NCBI GenBank assembly: GCA_041690595.1 | Contig: JAWLHB010000019.1 | Span: 12,335-76,334, forward strand | Source: Lentisphaeria bacterium | GTDB taxonomy: Bacteria > Verrucomicrobiota > Lentisphaeria > JABSQK01 > JAWLHB01 | Length of the DNA: 64,000 bases | Direction of reading: 5' to 3' | In this document: one piece after another, positions 38,750 through 48,700 of the stretch | How positions within the stretch are numbered: position 1 is the stretch's first letter | How the letters are laid out: each line of letters begins with the position of its first letter | Position numbers and translations under genes: made by a program | The notes under the pieces: model-generated | What the model was told of the DNA's origin: nothing | Database searches by the model: none | The model's input: the letters and a program-made list of their open reading frames with translations, nothing else

Positions 38750-38777
38750 TTATCGGCCGACATCGCCAACTCTTTAG
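38750..38777 (-). promoter_or_regulatory. sigma-28 (FliA) promoter TAAAG-N14-GCCGATAA driving flagellin
   Basis: The revcomp of 38741-38780 reads cggcTAAAGagttggcgatgtcgGCCGATAAatgg, a near-perfect class III flagellar promoter consensus. The resulting leader of about 160 nt contains several A(N)GGA motifs. Confidence 0.7.
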
Positions 38778-38883
38778 CCGCACCATGGAAATTTCTTCCC
38801 GGCCCCCAGCCCACGACTTCCAACTCCTTCAAAAGCCGCTCCCGCGAACCACTGATTGTCCCCGATCTCCACCTTGTATCGGA

Positions 38884-38892
38884 CAAATTCAG
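38884..38892 (+). promoter_or_regulatory. possible extended -10 promoter (TGgTATAAT) upstream of the 39175 gene
   Basis: ttcTGgTATAATaagc was read directly. There is no good -35 element, which is compatible with an extended -10 promoter. It would give a 5' UTR of about 275 nt. Confidence 0.25.
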
Positions 38893-39174
38893 GGGTAATT
38901 TCTGGTATAATAAGCATGCGGTCGTTGCCGATGAGGCGCAGCGGCACCAGGCCCGCGTGCGATCCGCTTCGCAGCCTGTATGGCTTCAGCAGTATTGATT
39001 TTACCTTTCTCGATGGTCCAACCGCTTCCCGGCGGTTGCGCGAAGCACGTGTCTCAGCAGCTTCCTCATCCGGTATGACCTATCTTCGCTGACTATTAAT
39101 CTGGCGCCACCTTCGATGCCGAGTGCTCGAAGTGGCCAAACGTGTAGTCTCCAACGACAATCAGGAGGGCATAG

Positions 39175-40326
39175 ATGAAACGACTGTCTCAATCCTCATT
39201 CGGCTTCGCGGTCTTTTTCTGCTACATCTTCGCCTCGCTTGTTGCGCAGGCAGAGAGCCGCTTCACCTATCAGGGGCGTCTGGAGAACGGCGGTACTATA
39301 GCCACCGGCACGTACGATTTTCGCTTTGCTCTCTATGATGCGGCCACCGCGGGAAACCAGATAGGCGTACTCATTCCAATCGAGGATGTGGCCGTTGTTC
39401 AGGGTCTCTTCACTGTCGACCTTGATTTTGGGCAGAGCAGCTTCACTGGAGCGGCCCGTTGGCTGGAGGTTGCGGTGCGGCCTGCTGCCGAAACGGGCGA
39501 CTATCAGCTCCTGGCGCCGCGCCAGCCCCTCACCGCCACCCCCCACGCACTCCTTGCCCTCGCCGTTGCCGAAAATGCGGTGACCGGGGCCCAGATAGCC
39601 GACGCCAGTATCACCTCGGCGGATCTTGCGGACGGCGACGGTTCGGGGATCGATGCCGATCTGCTCGACGGCCTCGACTCCTCCGCATTCAAGCGCCGCC
39701 ACAAGGGGGCCGTCATCCGCTGGGCCGTCTTCGATACCTGTCTTAATGAAGCAGGTTGGGCCCTGGATAATCGCCCCGAACTGTTCGGCGGCATCCCACC
39801 AAGCACGTGGAGCAACAATGGCGGCAGAGCCAGCGCGATGAGCAGCGACAAAGAGCAACTGACGACGCTGCTGAACGCCAAAGCCTATGCCGGTGCCAAC
39901 GCCGTTGTCTATATCCAGCAATACATGGCCTACTACAGCTCCAACAGTGGCAGGCATGTGGTCGCGCTCTTCAGAATCAGGAATACCACCCCGAACGCCA
40001 TAGCCTGGCGCCCCTATTTCTACTACACTGCTTATTCGAGTTGGAACGAGAGCGCCAGCGTCGCGTTGAATGGCACCGACATCTGGTATTACACAGGCAA
40101 CACACCCTATCCCGCGACGGCCACTACCGTGATCAACCTCCCGGCCAACCGCACCAGTACGGTCATCTTCGCCGTCGGTTCAAGCGCCCCCTTCGTACCC
40201 AGCGGCACAACCGGAATCATGGTGCGGCATGTCGCGCTGGCCTTCTACAACAACAGCCTGGCTCTGCCCGAGGGTCTCGAGTATGTTGACGATCTGGACA
40301 CCGCCACGGGGGGGTGGGAGCAATGA
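39175..40326 (+). CDS. secreted hypothetical protein, translationally coupled to the giant adhesin gene
   Basis: Signal peptide MKRLSQSSFGFAVFFCYIFASLVAQA. CAGGAGGG precedes the ATG. The stop overlaps the next ATG (cAATGAta). Confidence 0.55.
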   Translation: MKRLSQSSFGFAVFFCYIFASLVAQAESRFTYQGRLENGGTIATGTYDFRFALYDAATAGNQIGVLIPIEDVAVVQGLFTVDLDFGQSSFTGAARWLEVAVRPAAETGDYQLLAPRQPLTATPHALLALAVAENAVTGAQIADASITSADLADGDGSGIDADLLDGLDSSAFKRRHKGAVIRWAVFDTCLNEAGWALDNRPELFGGIPPSTWSNNGGRASAMSSDKEQLTTLLNAKAYAGANAVVYIQQYMAYYSSNSGRHVVALFRIRNTTPNAIAWRPYFYYTAYSSWNESASVALNGTDIWYYTGNTPYPATATTVINLPANRTSTVIFAVGSSAPFVPSGTTGIMVRHVALAFYNNSLALPEGLEYVDDLDTATGGWEQ

Positions 40327-43300
40327 TACTTCGGACGTACATGATGCTGGTGATTGGCCTGCTTGCCGCCGCGGTTCTGGACGCCTCGGAAGTATCCTGG
40401 TATAGTAGTGATGCTGGCACCGGCACCATCGCCACCGGTGGCGATTTCACCCTGTGGGGCAGCATTGGACAGCCTGATGCTGGGAGCATGAGTGGTGGCG
40501 ATTACACCGTGGCAGGTGGCTTTCTGGTTGGGGCGGATCCAGCGGTTACGGAGCTTTCCCCCCGCATCCCCGTCTGGGCCACGGACACGGATCATACGGG
40601 AAGCGCGGCATGGATGGCAAATGGTACTGGCGCGGAGCCCGCCGCGAGCGGCCATGTTGTCCCTTCCTACCTGGTCGGCATCGAAGGCTATCGCGCCTAC
40701 TATTATCTGGCGTCGCGCGACTATGATGGCATCGACCCAGCGTCGCCAGGCGCCGTGCGTGGCAAACCGGCCATCATCGGCTTTCCCGCCTTCTCCCAGG
40801 CCTTGGCCGATGGCGGCTGGACTGTCGAAGAGCTCACCGTGACCTATGGCCTCCTCTCCCTCGGTGCCGATCTTCAGGATCAGGACTGGTGGGTCGAAGG
40901 CACCCGCGAGTACCGCAAGTACCAGGCTGTCGCGCCGGAAACCTCCTTCACCATCTTCCTCGCGGATCAACCGCTGGTCAGTGGCCGAATGCCCCCTTTC
41001 ACCTTCGTCATCGACTATTCCGGGCCGACCATCAGCGGCATTCTTGAAGCGGTCGCCATTCTCGATGCTTCCGCTGATCAGCCCGCGGCCGTTCGCACGG
41101 TTGCCGCCGCCCTCCTGGCCGACTGCGGAGCCGACCACGGCCTGCGCCTGGTCTTCGACTCCATTCAGTCTCCCACCCAAGTCGATTTCTCCGCCAATGG
41201 CCGCGAGGGTGGCTTCTTCATTACCCAGAGCGGTTATCTTGAGCGGATCGAGTTGCCGGCCACCGGCGAGATTGCCGGCACCGTCTGGGAAGATACCAAC
41301 GCCAATGGCAGCCGCGACAATGGCGAACCGGGCGTCTGGGCCGTCACCGTCTACCTCGATACCAACAACAATGGCGATTTCGACCCCGGCGAACTGAGCA
41401 TGTCAACCGCCGAAGGTGCCTATGCCTTCACCGGTCTGCGCCCCGCCGACTATGTCGTTCGCCAGATTCTCCCGGAGAATCGTCTGCAGAGTTACCCTGC
41501 TGACGGCGCGCCCCAGCTCGTCTACCTCACCGCCGGCCAGCTTGCCCATGGTATCGACTTCGGCCAGGCCCTGCCTCCCAACCGGCCACCGGTGGCAGTA
41601 GTCGGGGGCCCCTACATCCTCACGACGGGGCAGACCCTGCTGCTGTACGGAAGCAACTCCTACGACGCCGATGAGGAATACGGTCACGACGGCCACATCA
41701 TCACCTCCTACGGCTGGGATCTGGACGATGACGGGCTCTTTGATGAGATCGCCTATCCGGATGCCGAGATTTCCTGGCAGGATCTGGTAGCGCTCCTCGG
41801 CGGCACCGTAACCTACGATACCCCTCTCCCGATCCACCTGCGCGTGCAGGACTCCGCCGGCGCCTCCAGTGTCGCCACCACTACCCTGACCATCTACGAT
41901 TCCCTGCCCATTGCCGCCATGACCATCACCCCCCAGCAGGCGGCGCCCGGTGAATACATCCTCTACGATGGAAGCAGTTCCAGCCACATGAGCCCCACGC
42001 GCACCAATGTCCAATGGGCATGGGATTTCGACGGTGATGGGCAGGTCGACGCCCTCGGCCCCGTTCAGCACCATGCCTACGATCGCTTTGGCACCTACCG
42101 GGTCACCATGACCGTTACCGACGATGCCGGCTACTCTGCTTCGACCAGCTCCAACGTCTATGTCACCAAAGGCAACCATCCGCCTGTCGCCGATGCCGGC
42201 GGTGCCTATGTCATTAGGGTGGGCGACGAGCTGCTCCTCGATGCTTCCGCCTCCTACGATCCCGACCAGCCTTTCGGCGATGACATCGTCACCATCCGCT
42301 GGGATCTGGACGGCAACGGCGCCTACAACGACGCCACCGGCGTCAGCCCGCTGATCTCCTGGGACGACCTCCTGGCCATCGTTCCGGATTCGCTCTATCC
42401 GGCCAACCCCATTACCGGCTTTCCGCACGTCACCGTCGGCGTGCGGGTGACCGACAGCATGGGCCTCTCGGCTGTCGCCACGACCTCGTTGACCATCTAT
42501 CGCTCCGAACCGATCGCTTATCCTCATGCTTCCCAAGCCATCGCCGCGGTAGGCACCCCCATCACCTTTGACGGCGCCGCCTCCATGCACGGCGATCCCG
42601 CCCACCAGCTCGTCGCCTACGAATGGGACTTCTCCTTTGACGCCGCCGCGGGCTTTCTGCCGGACGCCGCAGGCGTCAAGATCGAGCATGCCTTCGCAGA
42701 GCCCGGGGTGAAGCTGGTCGCCCTGCGCGTTACGGACGACTTGCAGCAAACCGCCATCGCCACCCTCACGGTGACCATTATCGCCGAGCCGCCGGTTTCT
42801 CTGGTGGTCGCGCCCGCTCCCGGGACGCGCCTGCCCACCGCGGCCCCCTTCACCATGCTCCTCACTTTCTCTGAACCGGTCTATGGACTGGAGGCGCTCG
42901 ACTTCGCGCTGACCGGAACCGCCGCCGCGACCGCCCTTGTCGGCTCCCCCGTTACCGTCGATAACATGGTCTGGCAGCTTCCCGTGAGCGGCCTCCGGGA
43001 CGGCGTGCTGACCGTGAGCATCATCGGCGAGGTACTCGACGCCACTGGCGCCGCCCTCGTCGTGGCCCCGGCTTCCTGGCATTACGTGATCGACTCCCAG
43101 CCGCCAATCCTCGTTGCGCGCCGGCTCGGCCAACTGGGCATCGTGGGTGAGGCCAACACCGTGCTGGAACTGCAATTTTCGGAAGCGGTGCGCGGGCTGG
43201 AAGCCACGGATTTCGTCCTCTCCGGGCCGGCTGCCATCGGCGCGTCCGTCGGCATGCCCGTCACCTCCGGCGGCGTCGAGTGGTCCGTCCCTCTCCACAA

Positions 43301-46300
43301 TCTGAGCCCTGGTGAACTCACCGTCACCATCGCTCCTGATGCGGATGACATCGAGGATCTCACCGGTCACGACCTCCAGGCGCTCCACTTGCCGCTGCAG
43401 TGGACCGTTGTCGTGGAACTGGCCCCGCCCCGCGTGCTGGCGCATCAACTGACGACGAACAACCTTGGCTGGTGCTACGACATCACCTTCTCACGCGCGA
43501 TCACCGGCTTCGATCTTCAGGACGTCTCCGTGGAGGGGCCTGCCGTCGTCGGTCACCCGTATCATCTTCAGGGAACAACCTGGCGTCTACCCTTCGGCCC
43601 CTATGACCGGGGGCTCATCACCGTCTCCCTCTCCGGCACCATGGTCGATGCCGCCAATCTCCAGGTGGAGCCGTACAACTGGTCGATCGACTGGCAATGG
43701 CAGAGCGGCCAGTGCGCCGGCGGGGCAGCGCCTGCCTACGAAGTATGTGACGGAATCGATAACGACTGCGATGGCGCGACCGATGAAGATCTCAGCCCGG
43801 TCGCCACCAATGCCGGCCGCTTGTCCGGCTCCAGAATCAACCAGAGCGCCGTTACACTCCAGCTTCACTTCAATACTCCCGCCCAGGATATCGATGCCGG
43901 CGATCTCATTGTCGCGGGCACTGCCGCCAACGGCGTCACCGTCATCGGCCCCTCCCATGGATCAGGACAGCAGACCAGCTACACCATCTCCGGCCTCCGA
44001 GACGGAAGGCTCTTCCTGACCTTTGCGCCAAACGCCTATGACGTCTTCGGTGGTTGCATGAATGGTATGCTCGGTGAACTCGATTCCGTTCCTCCCCTCT
44101 ACGTCGCCTATTCCATTGACCTGACCCGGCCGGAAGTGCTGTCGGTTGTGCCGGACGCTGGCGCTACCGTCACCGAAACTGAGGTGGCTATCCAGTTCAC
44201 CTTTTCCGAACCAGTGACCGGGTTGGCGCCCGACTCCCTGATCCTCTCCGGCACCGGCGCCATCGCGGCCCAAGTCGGACAACCTTCGGAGATCAGCGGC
44301 ACCATCTGGACCTTCCCCATATACGGACTGCGCCGCGGTGAACTGCAGGTCGAACTCGTCGCCACCGCCATCAGCGACCTCGCCGGCAATGCCCTCCTGC
44401 CCCCTGCTTCCACATGGAACTATCAGCTCGATCTGCCGGAGACTCTCTCCTTCCTCCTCTCGGAAAGCGCCATTGCGGTTCCCGAGGGGGAAAGCCGCGC
44501 CATCAACATCAAGCTCTCTGGTCCACCCATCGATACCGTGACCGCCGACATCTCCCGCCTCGCCGGCGACAGCGACCTCCAGGCAGCCGCCTCCAGCATC
44601 TCCTTCACCACTATTACCTGGGACGATTGGCAGCCCATTACCGTCAGTGCACAGGAAGACAATGACGATACCGCCGACGATGCGGCCAATTTCCAGATCA
44701 CCCAGACCACCGGCAGCAACCCGGTCAATGCCAGCTCCTTCACCGCTACGACCATCGATGACGACATCCTCCTGACCGTCATCTCTGGAACAGGCGGAAC
44801 GACAATCCCGGCCATACCGACGATCGTCGATACCAACGACGCCATGCCCTTCCCTCTGCTGGCCGAGCCGCTGCCCGGTTACCGCTTCGATACCTGGCTG
44901 TCCACCGCCGGGCTCCTTGGCAATGCCACTCAGTCGGCGACCACCATCTCCACCTCTGTCGACACTACCGTCACTGCCATCTTCGCGGTGGACACCCTGC
45001 CCGACTGGACCGACCCATCGGGGTTTGCCAACTCCATGCAGCTCTATGCCCAGGTGACCCTCATCCCCGACAACGTGCCGATCCAAGCCGATGGTTCGCT
45101 TCTGGCCGCTTTCCGAGATGGCGTCTGCCGCGGCGTCGCCCCCATTGATTCCGGTCCGACCGGCCCTACCTGGTCTCTCCAGATCTTCAGCAACGAGTCC
45201 AGCGAATCCGACTTCTCCCTTCAGGTATGGGATGCCGCCACCGGCTGGACCCATGACCTCGCCGAACGCTTCGACTTTGTTCAGGACTACAGCTGGGGAA
45301 CCATCCTCGCCCCTCAGCAACTGACCGCCGGCGTGGTGACGCAGACGATTCCCCTCGTGTCCAACTGGAACTGGATCAGCTTCAACATCCTTCCTCCGGG
45401 CGCCGCCACGGCGGACGTGCTGGCCAGCCTCAGCCCCCTGGACAACGACGTGATCAAGGGCCCCGACGGCATTGCCACCTACGGCGCCGGGCAATGGTGG
45501 GGGTTGCAGAACCTGCGCGGTGGCGTTCGCTACCTGCTCAAGCTTCAGGATCCCGCGCCGCGACCATTGTCGGTGACGGGGCTTCCGGTTCCCGTTGATC
45601 CATTGCCGCTTGTGGCCGGCTGGAACTGGCTTGGCTATACCCCCCAACTGCCGATGCAACTCCAGACTGCCCTCGCCAGCGTTACCCTGACGGATAACGA
45701 CGTCATCAAGTGTCCGGCCGGGATCGCCAGCTACGCAAGTGGACAATGGTGGGGCACGCTTGACAGCATGGAGCCCGGCGTCGGCTATCTGCTCATGGTC
45801 AGCACCCCCAGTGTGCTCAATTATCCGGGGGCCCAATCCGCTGCCCTCGCCGCTTCCTCCCGCGCGGCCTCCGCCGGCCCAACTCCCACCGGTTACGCCA
45901 ATTCCATGATCCTTTACGCTCAGGTCCTGCATGGCGGCAGCCTGGTCGAGGCTCCCGGCAGCACGCTGACTGCCTGGCAGGGCGAGACCCTCCGTGGCAC
46001 CGCCACCCTCGACGACGGCCCCGCCGGCAAACTCTTCATGCTCCAGATCTTCAGCAACCATCGACGTGAAGCAGGCCTCACGCTCAAGCTCCAGCATGGC
46101 GCCTCCGGGGAGACCATCGACCTTCGTGAGACGATCACCTTTACCATGGACGGCACCGTCGGCACCCTTCAGGCGCCCCTCCGTCTCCATGCCTGGCAGC
46201 CCCCTCCGCCCCAGACCCGGAACCTCGTCTACGCCCTCTCCGTACGCGGTACCCGGCACGGCAGTCAGAACGGCCCCTTGACTGGCAACGGCTACCTTGT

Positions 46301-47225
46301 CCTCAACCTGGAGGAAACCCGCGCAGCCGCCCTCATGACCTGGGACAACGGCGCCACGCAGCAGCTCACCTTCTCCCGCTCCGATGGTACCTGGTACACT
46401 GCCGACATCGGGCGCAACTCCCTCTGGGTGCTCAACCTCGCGGAGGTGAGTGCTGCCTTTGGCTATGCGCAGCTGATCGGTGGCGAGACAACCCGCGACG
46501 TGACCGTCGGCGAGAAGCTCGCCATGCCCATCGCCCCCCGCTTCTCCGGCCCATGGCGAAGCGGCGACGGCCAGAGCGTCGCCATCGGCGAGATGGTCGC
46601 GCGTCTGCGACTCGATTCCACCATCGCCGCCAACAGCCGCTCGCTGACGGTCGATGAACTCCTCGTCGAGCTTGCCGGCGGTGCCCCCGCCGAGCGGCCG
46701 GAAGCCACGGTCGACCTTCCCCTCTCCGTCGATTCCGGCGGCCAAGGCATCCTCTGCTACTCCATGGCGTGGCAGCGCCTTGAGGCGGGCAACGGCGAAC
46801 TCCGCCGCCAGCATGGTGCCGGCTATCTGCTCCTCGACCCGGCCTCCGGCGAGCTTCGCCTGCTGCGCGCCTGGCGCGAGGGAACCCGCCGGATGTACAC
46901 AACCGAAAGCTGGGGCGGCAGTGAACGCTTTGCCATCCCCCTCCAGGTCGGTCCCGCTTCCGTGCTCGTCGTCGGCGGCCGCGAAAGCAGCGATGCCGGC
47001 CAGAGCTTCAGTTTCCTCCACGGCCTCGATCGCGACCCTGACTCCGCCATTCTGCCTCCCCATCTCAGCGGCAACTACTGGTGCCACGCGGATGGGCTGT
47101 ACACGCAGAGTACCATGACCTGCACCATCAACGCCATCAGCCTTGCCATCCGAGACGAAGGTCTGAGCCTCGATGATGCCTTAGCCTGGCTCGAAGCGAT
47201 GCTCGGCGATTTCGAGAAGCAATAA
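40323..47225 (+). CDS. giant secreted multi-domain adhesin-like protein (SdrD-B/Cna-B-type, several PKD domains, Big-like repeats, Cys-rich DxDxDG-type metal-binding motif)
   Basis: Signal MILRTYMMLVIGLLAAAVLDA. GTVWEDTNANGSRDNGEPGV..VTVYLDTNNNGDFDPGE is Cna-B/SdrD-like. WDFDGDGQVDALGPVQHHAYDRFGTYRVTMTVTDDAGYS is a PKD repeat. CDGIDNDCDGATDED is also present. Total length 2300 aa. Confidence 0.8.
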   Translation: MILRTYMMLVIGLLAAAVLDASEVSWYSSDAGTGTIATGGDFTLWGSIGQPDAGSMSGGDYTVAGGFLVGADPAVTELSPRIPVWATDTDHTGSAAWMANGTGAEPAASGHVVPSYLVGIEGYRAYYYLASRDYDGIDPASPGAVRGKPAIIGFPAFSQALADGGWTVEELTVTYGLLSLGADLQDQDWWVEGTREYRKYQAVAPETSFTIFLADQPLVSGRMPPFTFVIDYSGPTISGILEAVAILDASADQPAAVRTVAAALLADCGADHGLRLVFDSIQSPTQVDFSANGREGGFFITQSGYLERIELPATGEIAGTVWEDTNANGSRDNGEPGVWAVTVYLDTNNNGDFDPGELSMSTAEGAYAFTGLRPADYVVRQILPENRLQSYPADGAPQLVYLTAGQLAHGIDFGQALPPNRPPVAVVGGPYILTTGQTLLLYGSNSYDADEEYGHDGHIITSYGWDLDDDGLFDEIAYPDAEISWQDLVALLGGTVTYDTPLPIHLRVQDSAGASSVATTTLTIYDSLPIAAMTITPQQAAPGEYILYDGSSSSHMSPTRTNVQWAWDFDGDGQVDALGPVQHHAYDRFGTYRVTMTVTDDAGYSASTSSNVYVTKGNHPPVADAGGAYVIRVGDELLLDASASYDPDQPFGDDIVTIRWDLDGNGAYNDATGVSPLISWDDLLAIVPDSLYPANPITGFPHVTVGVRVTDSMGLSAVATTSLTIYRSEPIAYPHASQAIAAVGTPITFDGAASMHGDPAHQLVAYEWDFSFDAAAGFLPDAAGVKIEHAFAEPGVKLVALRVTDDLQQTAIATLTVTIIAEPPVSLVVAPAPGTRLPTAAPFTMLLTFSEPVYGLEALDFALTGTAAATALVGSPVTVDNMVWQLPVSGLRDGVLTVSIIGEVLDATGAALVVAPASWHYVIDSQPPILVARRLGQLGIVGEANTVLELQFSEAVRGLEATDFVLSGPAAIGASVGMPVTSGGVEWSVPLHNLSPGELTVTIAPDADDIEDLTGHDLQALHLPLQWTVVVELAPPRVLAHQLTTNNLGWCYDITFSRAITGFDLQDVSVEGPAVVGHPYHLQGTTWRLPFGPYDRGLITVSLSGTMVDAANLQVEPYNWSIDWQWQSGQCAGGAAPAYEVCDGIDNDCDGATDEDLSPVATNAGRLSGSRINQSAVTLQLHFNTPAQDIDAGDLIVAGTAANGVTVIGPSHGSGQQTSYTISGLRDGRLFLTFAPNAYDVFGGCMNGMLGELDSVPPLYVAYSIDLTRPEVLSVVPDAGATVTETEVAIQFTFSEPVTGLAPDSLILSGTGAIAAQVGQPSEISGTIWTFPIYGLRRGELQVELVATAISDLAGNALLPPASTWNYQLDLPETLSFLLSESAIAVPEGESRAINIKLSGPPIDTVTADISRLAGDSDLQAAASSISFTTITWDDWQPITVSAQEDNDDTADDAANFQITQTTGSNPVNASSFTATTIDDDILLTVISGTGGTTIPAIPTIVDTNDAMPFPLLAEPLPGYRFDTWLSTAGLLGNATQSATTISTSVDTTVTAIFAVDTLPDWTDPSGFANSMQLYAQVTLIPDNVPIQADGSLLAAFRDGVCRGVAPIDSGPTGPTWSLQIFSNESSESDFSLQVWDAATGWTHDLAERFDFVQDYSWGTILAPQQLTAGVVTQTIPLVSNWNWISFNILPPGAATADVLASLSPLDNDVIKGPDGIATYGAGQWWGLQNLRGGVRYLLKLQDPAPRPLSVTGLPVPVDPLPLVAGWNWLGYTPQLPMQLQTALASVTLTDNDVIKCPAGIASYASGQWWGTLDSMEPGVGYLLMVSTPSVLNYPGAQSAALAASSRAASAGPTPTGYANSMILYAQVLHGGSLVEAPGSTLTAWQGETLRGTATLDDGPAGKLFMLQIFSNHRREAGLTLKLQHGASGETIDLRETITFTMDGTVGTLQAPLRLHAWQPPPPQTRNLVYALSVRGTRHGSQNGPLTGNGYLVLNLEETRAAALMTWDNGATQQLTFSRSDGTWYTADIGRNSLWVLNLAEVSAAFGYAQLIGGETTRDVTVGEKLAMPIAPRFSGPWRSGDGQSVAIGEMVARLRLDSTIAANSRSLTVDELLVELAGGAPAERPEATVDLPLSVDSGGQGILCYSMAWQRLEAGNGELRRQHGAGYLLLDPASGELRLLRAWREGTRRMYTTESWGGSERFAIPLQVGPASVLVVGGRESSDAGQSFSFLHGLDRDPDSAILPPHLSGNYWCHADGLYTQSTMTCTINAISLAIRDEGLSLDDALAWLEAMLGDFEKQ

Positions 47226-47254
47226 TCGTCAGCATGGCAGGCAGCGGGTCGCGT

Positions 47255-47278
47255 GGCGTGCTATGGTAGCGCCTTTTT
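47255..47278 (+). terminator. probable rho-independent terminator after the giant gene
   Basis: GGCGTGCTatggtAGCGCC followed by TTTTT; the stem is imperfect, with one bulged T. Confidence 0.4.
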
Positions 47279-47311
47279 CGCATGCATCACCCGAAGTGAG
47301 GAAAGTCCCCG

Positions 47312-48622
47312 GTGTCCACTCCCGATAAAGTCGTCGACGTCACCATCGATCCCGCCAGCCTCGCCAATGTGGCTCCGGGAACTGGCAATCTGCCCGAGCG
47401 CCTTGAGCACTTTCACGACCTCGCCCTGGGCATGTTTATTCACTGGGGGCTCGACTGCCTCCTCGGCACCGTCCCCAGCCACTGGATGATCGGCGCCGAC
47501 CCGCGTCTCGTCGACCGCTTCATCCACGAAACGCCCGGCCACTTCGCCCCCGGCGACTTCGATGCCCACCGCATCGCCCGGCTCGCCCGCCAGGCCGGCA
47601 TGCGCTATGGATGCTTCACCACCAAGCACCATTCCGGCTTCTGCATGTTCGACACCGCCACCACCGACTTCAACGTCATGCGCACGCCCCACGCACGCGA
47701 CGTCGTCCGCCAGTATATGGAAGCCTTCCGCGAAGTCGGTGTCCCTCCGGGACTTTATTTCTCGCCCCTCGACTTCCTCTGGTGCCATCAGCGGAAGAAA
47801 CTCCTCCACTTCATGACTCCCGACGTCGTTCCCGCCGGTAATCCCGACCTCATGGGCTACAATCTCGCCCAGATGCGCGAACTGCTCTCCAACTACGGCC
47901 CCATCGAGATGCTTTTCCTCGACGGTCCTCCCGAGCAGCTCCGCGAACTCGCCTGGCAGCTGCAGCCCGAGATCGTCGTCACTCGCGGCGCCATGGAGAC
48001 CCCCGAACAACACCTGCCCGACACCGCCCTCCCCGGCGTCTGGGAAGCCTGCTGCACCATTGGCGATGGTTGGAGTTACAAGCCCACCAACGACACCGTC
48101 AAGAGCGGCACCGATCTGATCGAGATGCTCATCCGCACGCGCGCCCTCGGCGGCAATCTTCTGCTCAACATCACCCCCGATACCGAAGGGCGCATCCCCC
48201 TCGAACAGGAGCGCGTACTCCAGGAACTCGGGACTTGGCTCTTCTTCAACGGCGAGGCCATCTACAAGGTCCGCCCATGGAAGGTTCAGCGCGACGACAA
48301 CATCTGGTATACCCAGTCCAAGGACGGCCAGACCGTCTACGCCTTCGTCACCGGCGAACCATGGCCACACGGTCATTTTGGACGCAAGACCGTCATCCTC
48401 CCCAGCGTCGTCACCACCGAACGCTCCACTGTCGCCATGGTCGGGCAGAACGGCCTCGCCCTCGAGCACAGCCCGGAAGCCGATACCGAGACCCGCTGGC
48501 AGCAGCACGAGGATGGTCTCCACATCGATGCCCTCCGCACCTATCGTCCCTACGACAACCGTCGCTGGCCCAACCCCGTCGCCTTCCGCATCACCCATGC
48601 CGGCGTCGCCAACGGCCGTTGA
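47312..48622 (+). CDS. alpha-L-fucosidase, glycoside hydrolase family 29
   Basis: FIHWGLD...FTTKHHSGFCMFDT is the GH29 signature. The start is GTG, with GAGGAAAG 6 nt upstream. It has no signal peptide. Confidence 0.8.
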   Translation: MSTPDKVVDVTIDPASLANVAPGTGNLPERLEHFHDLALGMFIHWGLDCLLGTVPSHWMIGADPRLVDRFIHETPGHFAPGDFDAHRIARLARQAGMRYGCFTTKHHSGFCMFDTATTDFNVMRTPHARDVVRQYMEAFREVGVPPGLYFSPLDFLWCHQRKKLLHFMTPDVVPAGNPDLMGYNLAQMRELLSNYGPIEMLFLDGPPEQLRELAWQLQPEIVVTRGAMETPEQHLPDTALPGVWEACCTIGDGWSYKPTNDTVKSGTDLIEMLIRTRALGGNLLLNITPDTEGRIPLEQERVLQELGTWLFFNGEAIYKVRPWKVQRDDNIWYTQSKDGQTVYAFVTGEPWPHGHFGRKTVILPSVVTTERSTVAMVGQNGLALEHSPEADTETRWQQHEDGLHIDALRTYRPYDNRRWPNPVAFRITHAGVANGR

Positions 48623-48700
48623 TACGCGGAGACGCGGGGGCCCGATCTCGACAGCCTCCTCAGCAGCCGCAGGTCGCCGCTCAGGGAGCGCGGCGATGCT

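Noticed and set aside
38856-39092. 78-aa ORF in the intergenic region between the flagellin promoter and the 39175 gene
   Set aside because: It has no RBS and no recognisable motif, and it overlaps the predicted divergent promoter region.
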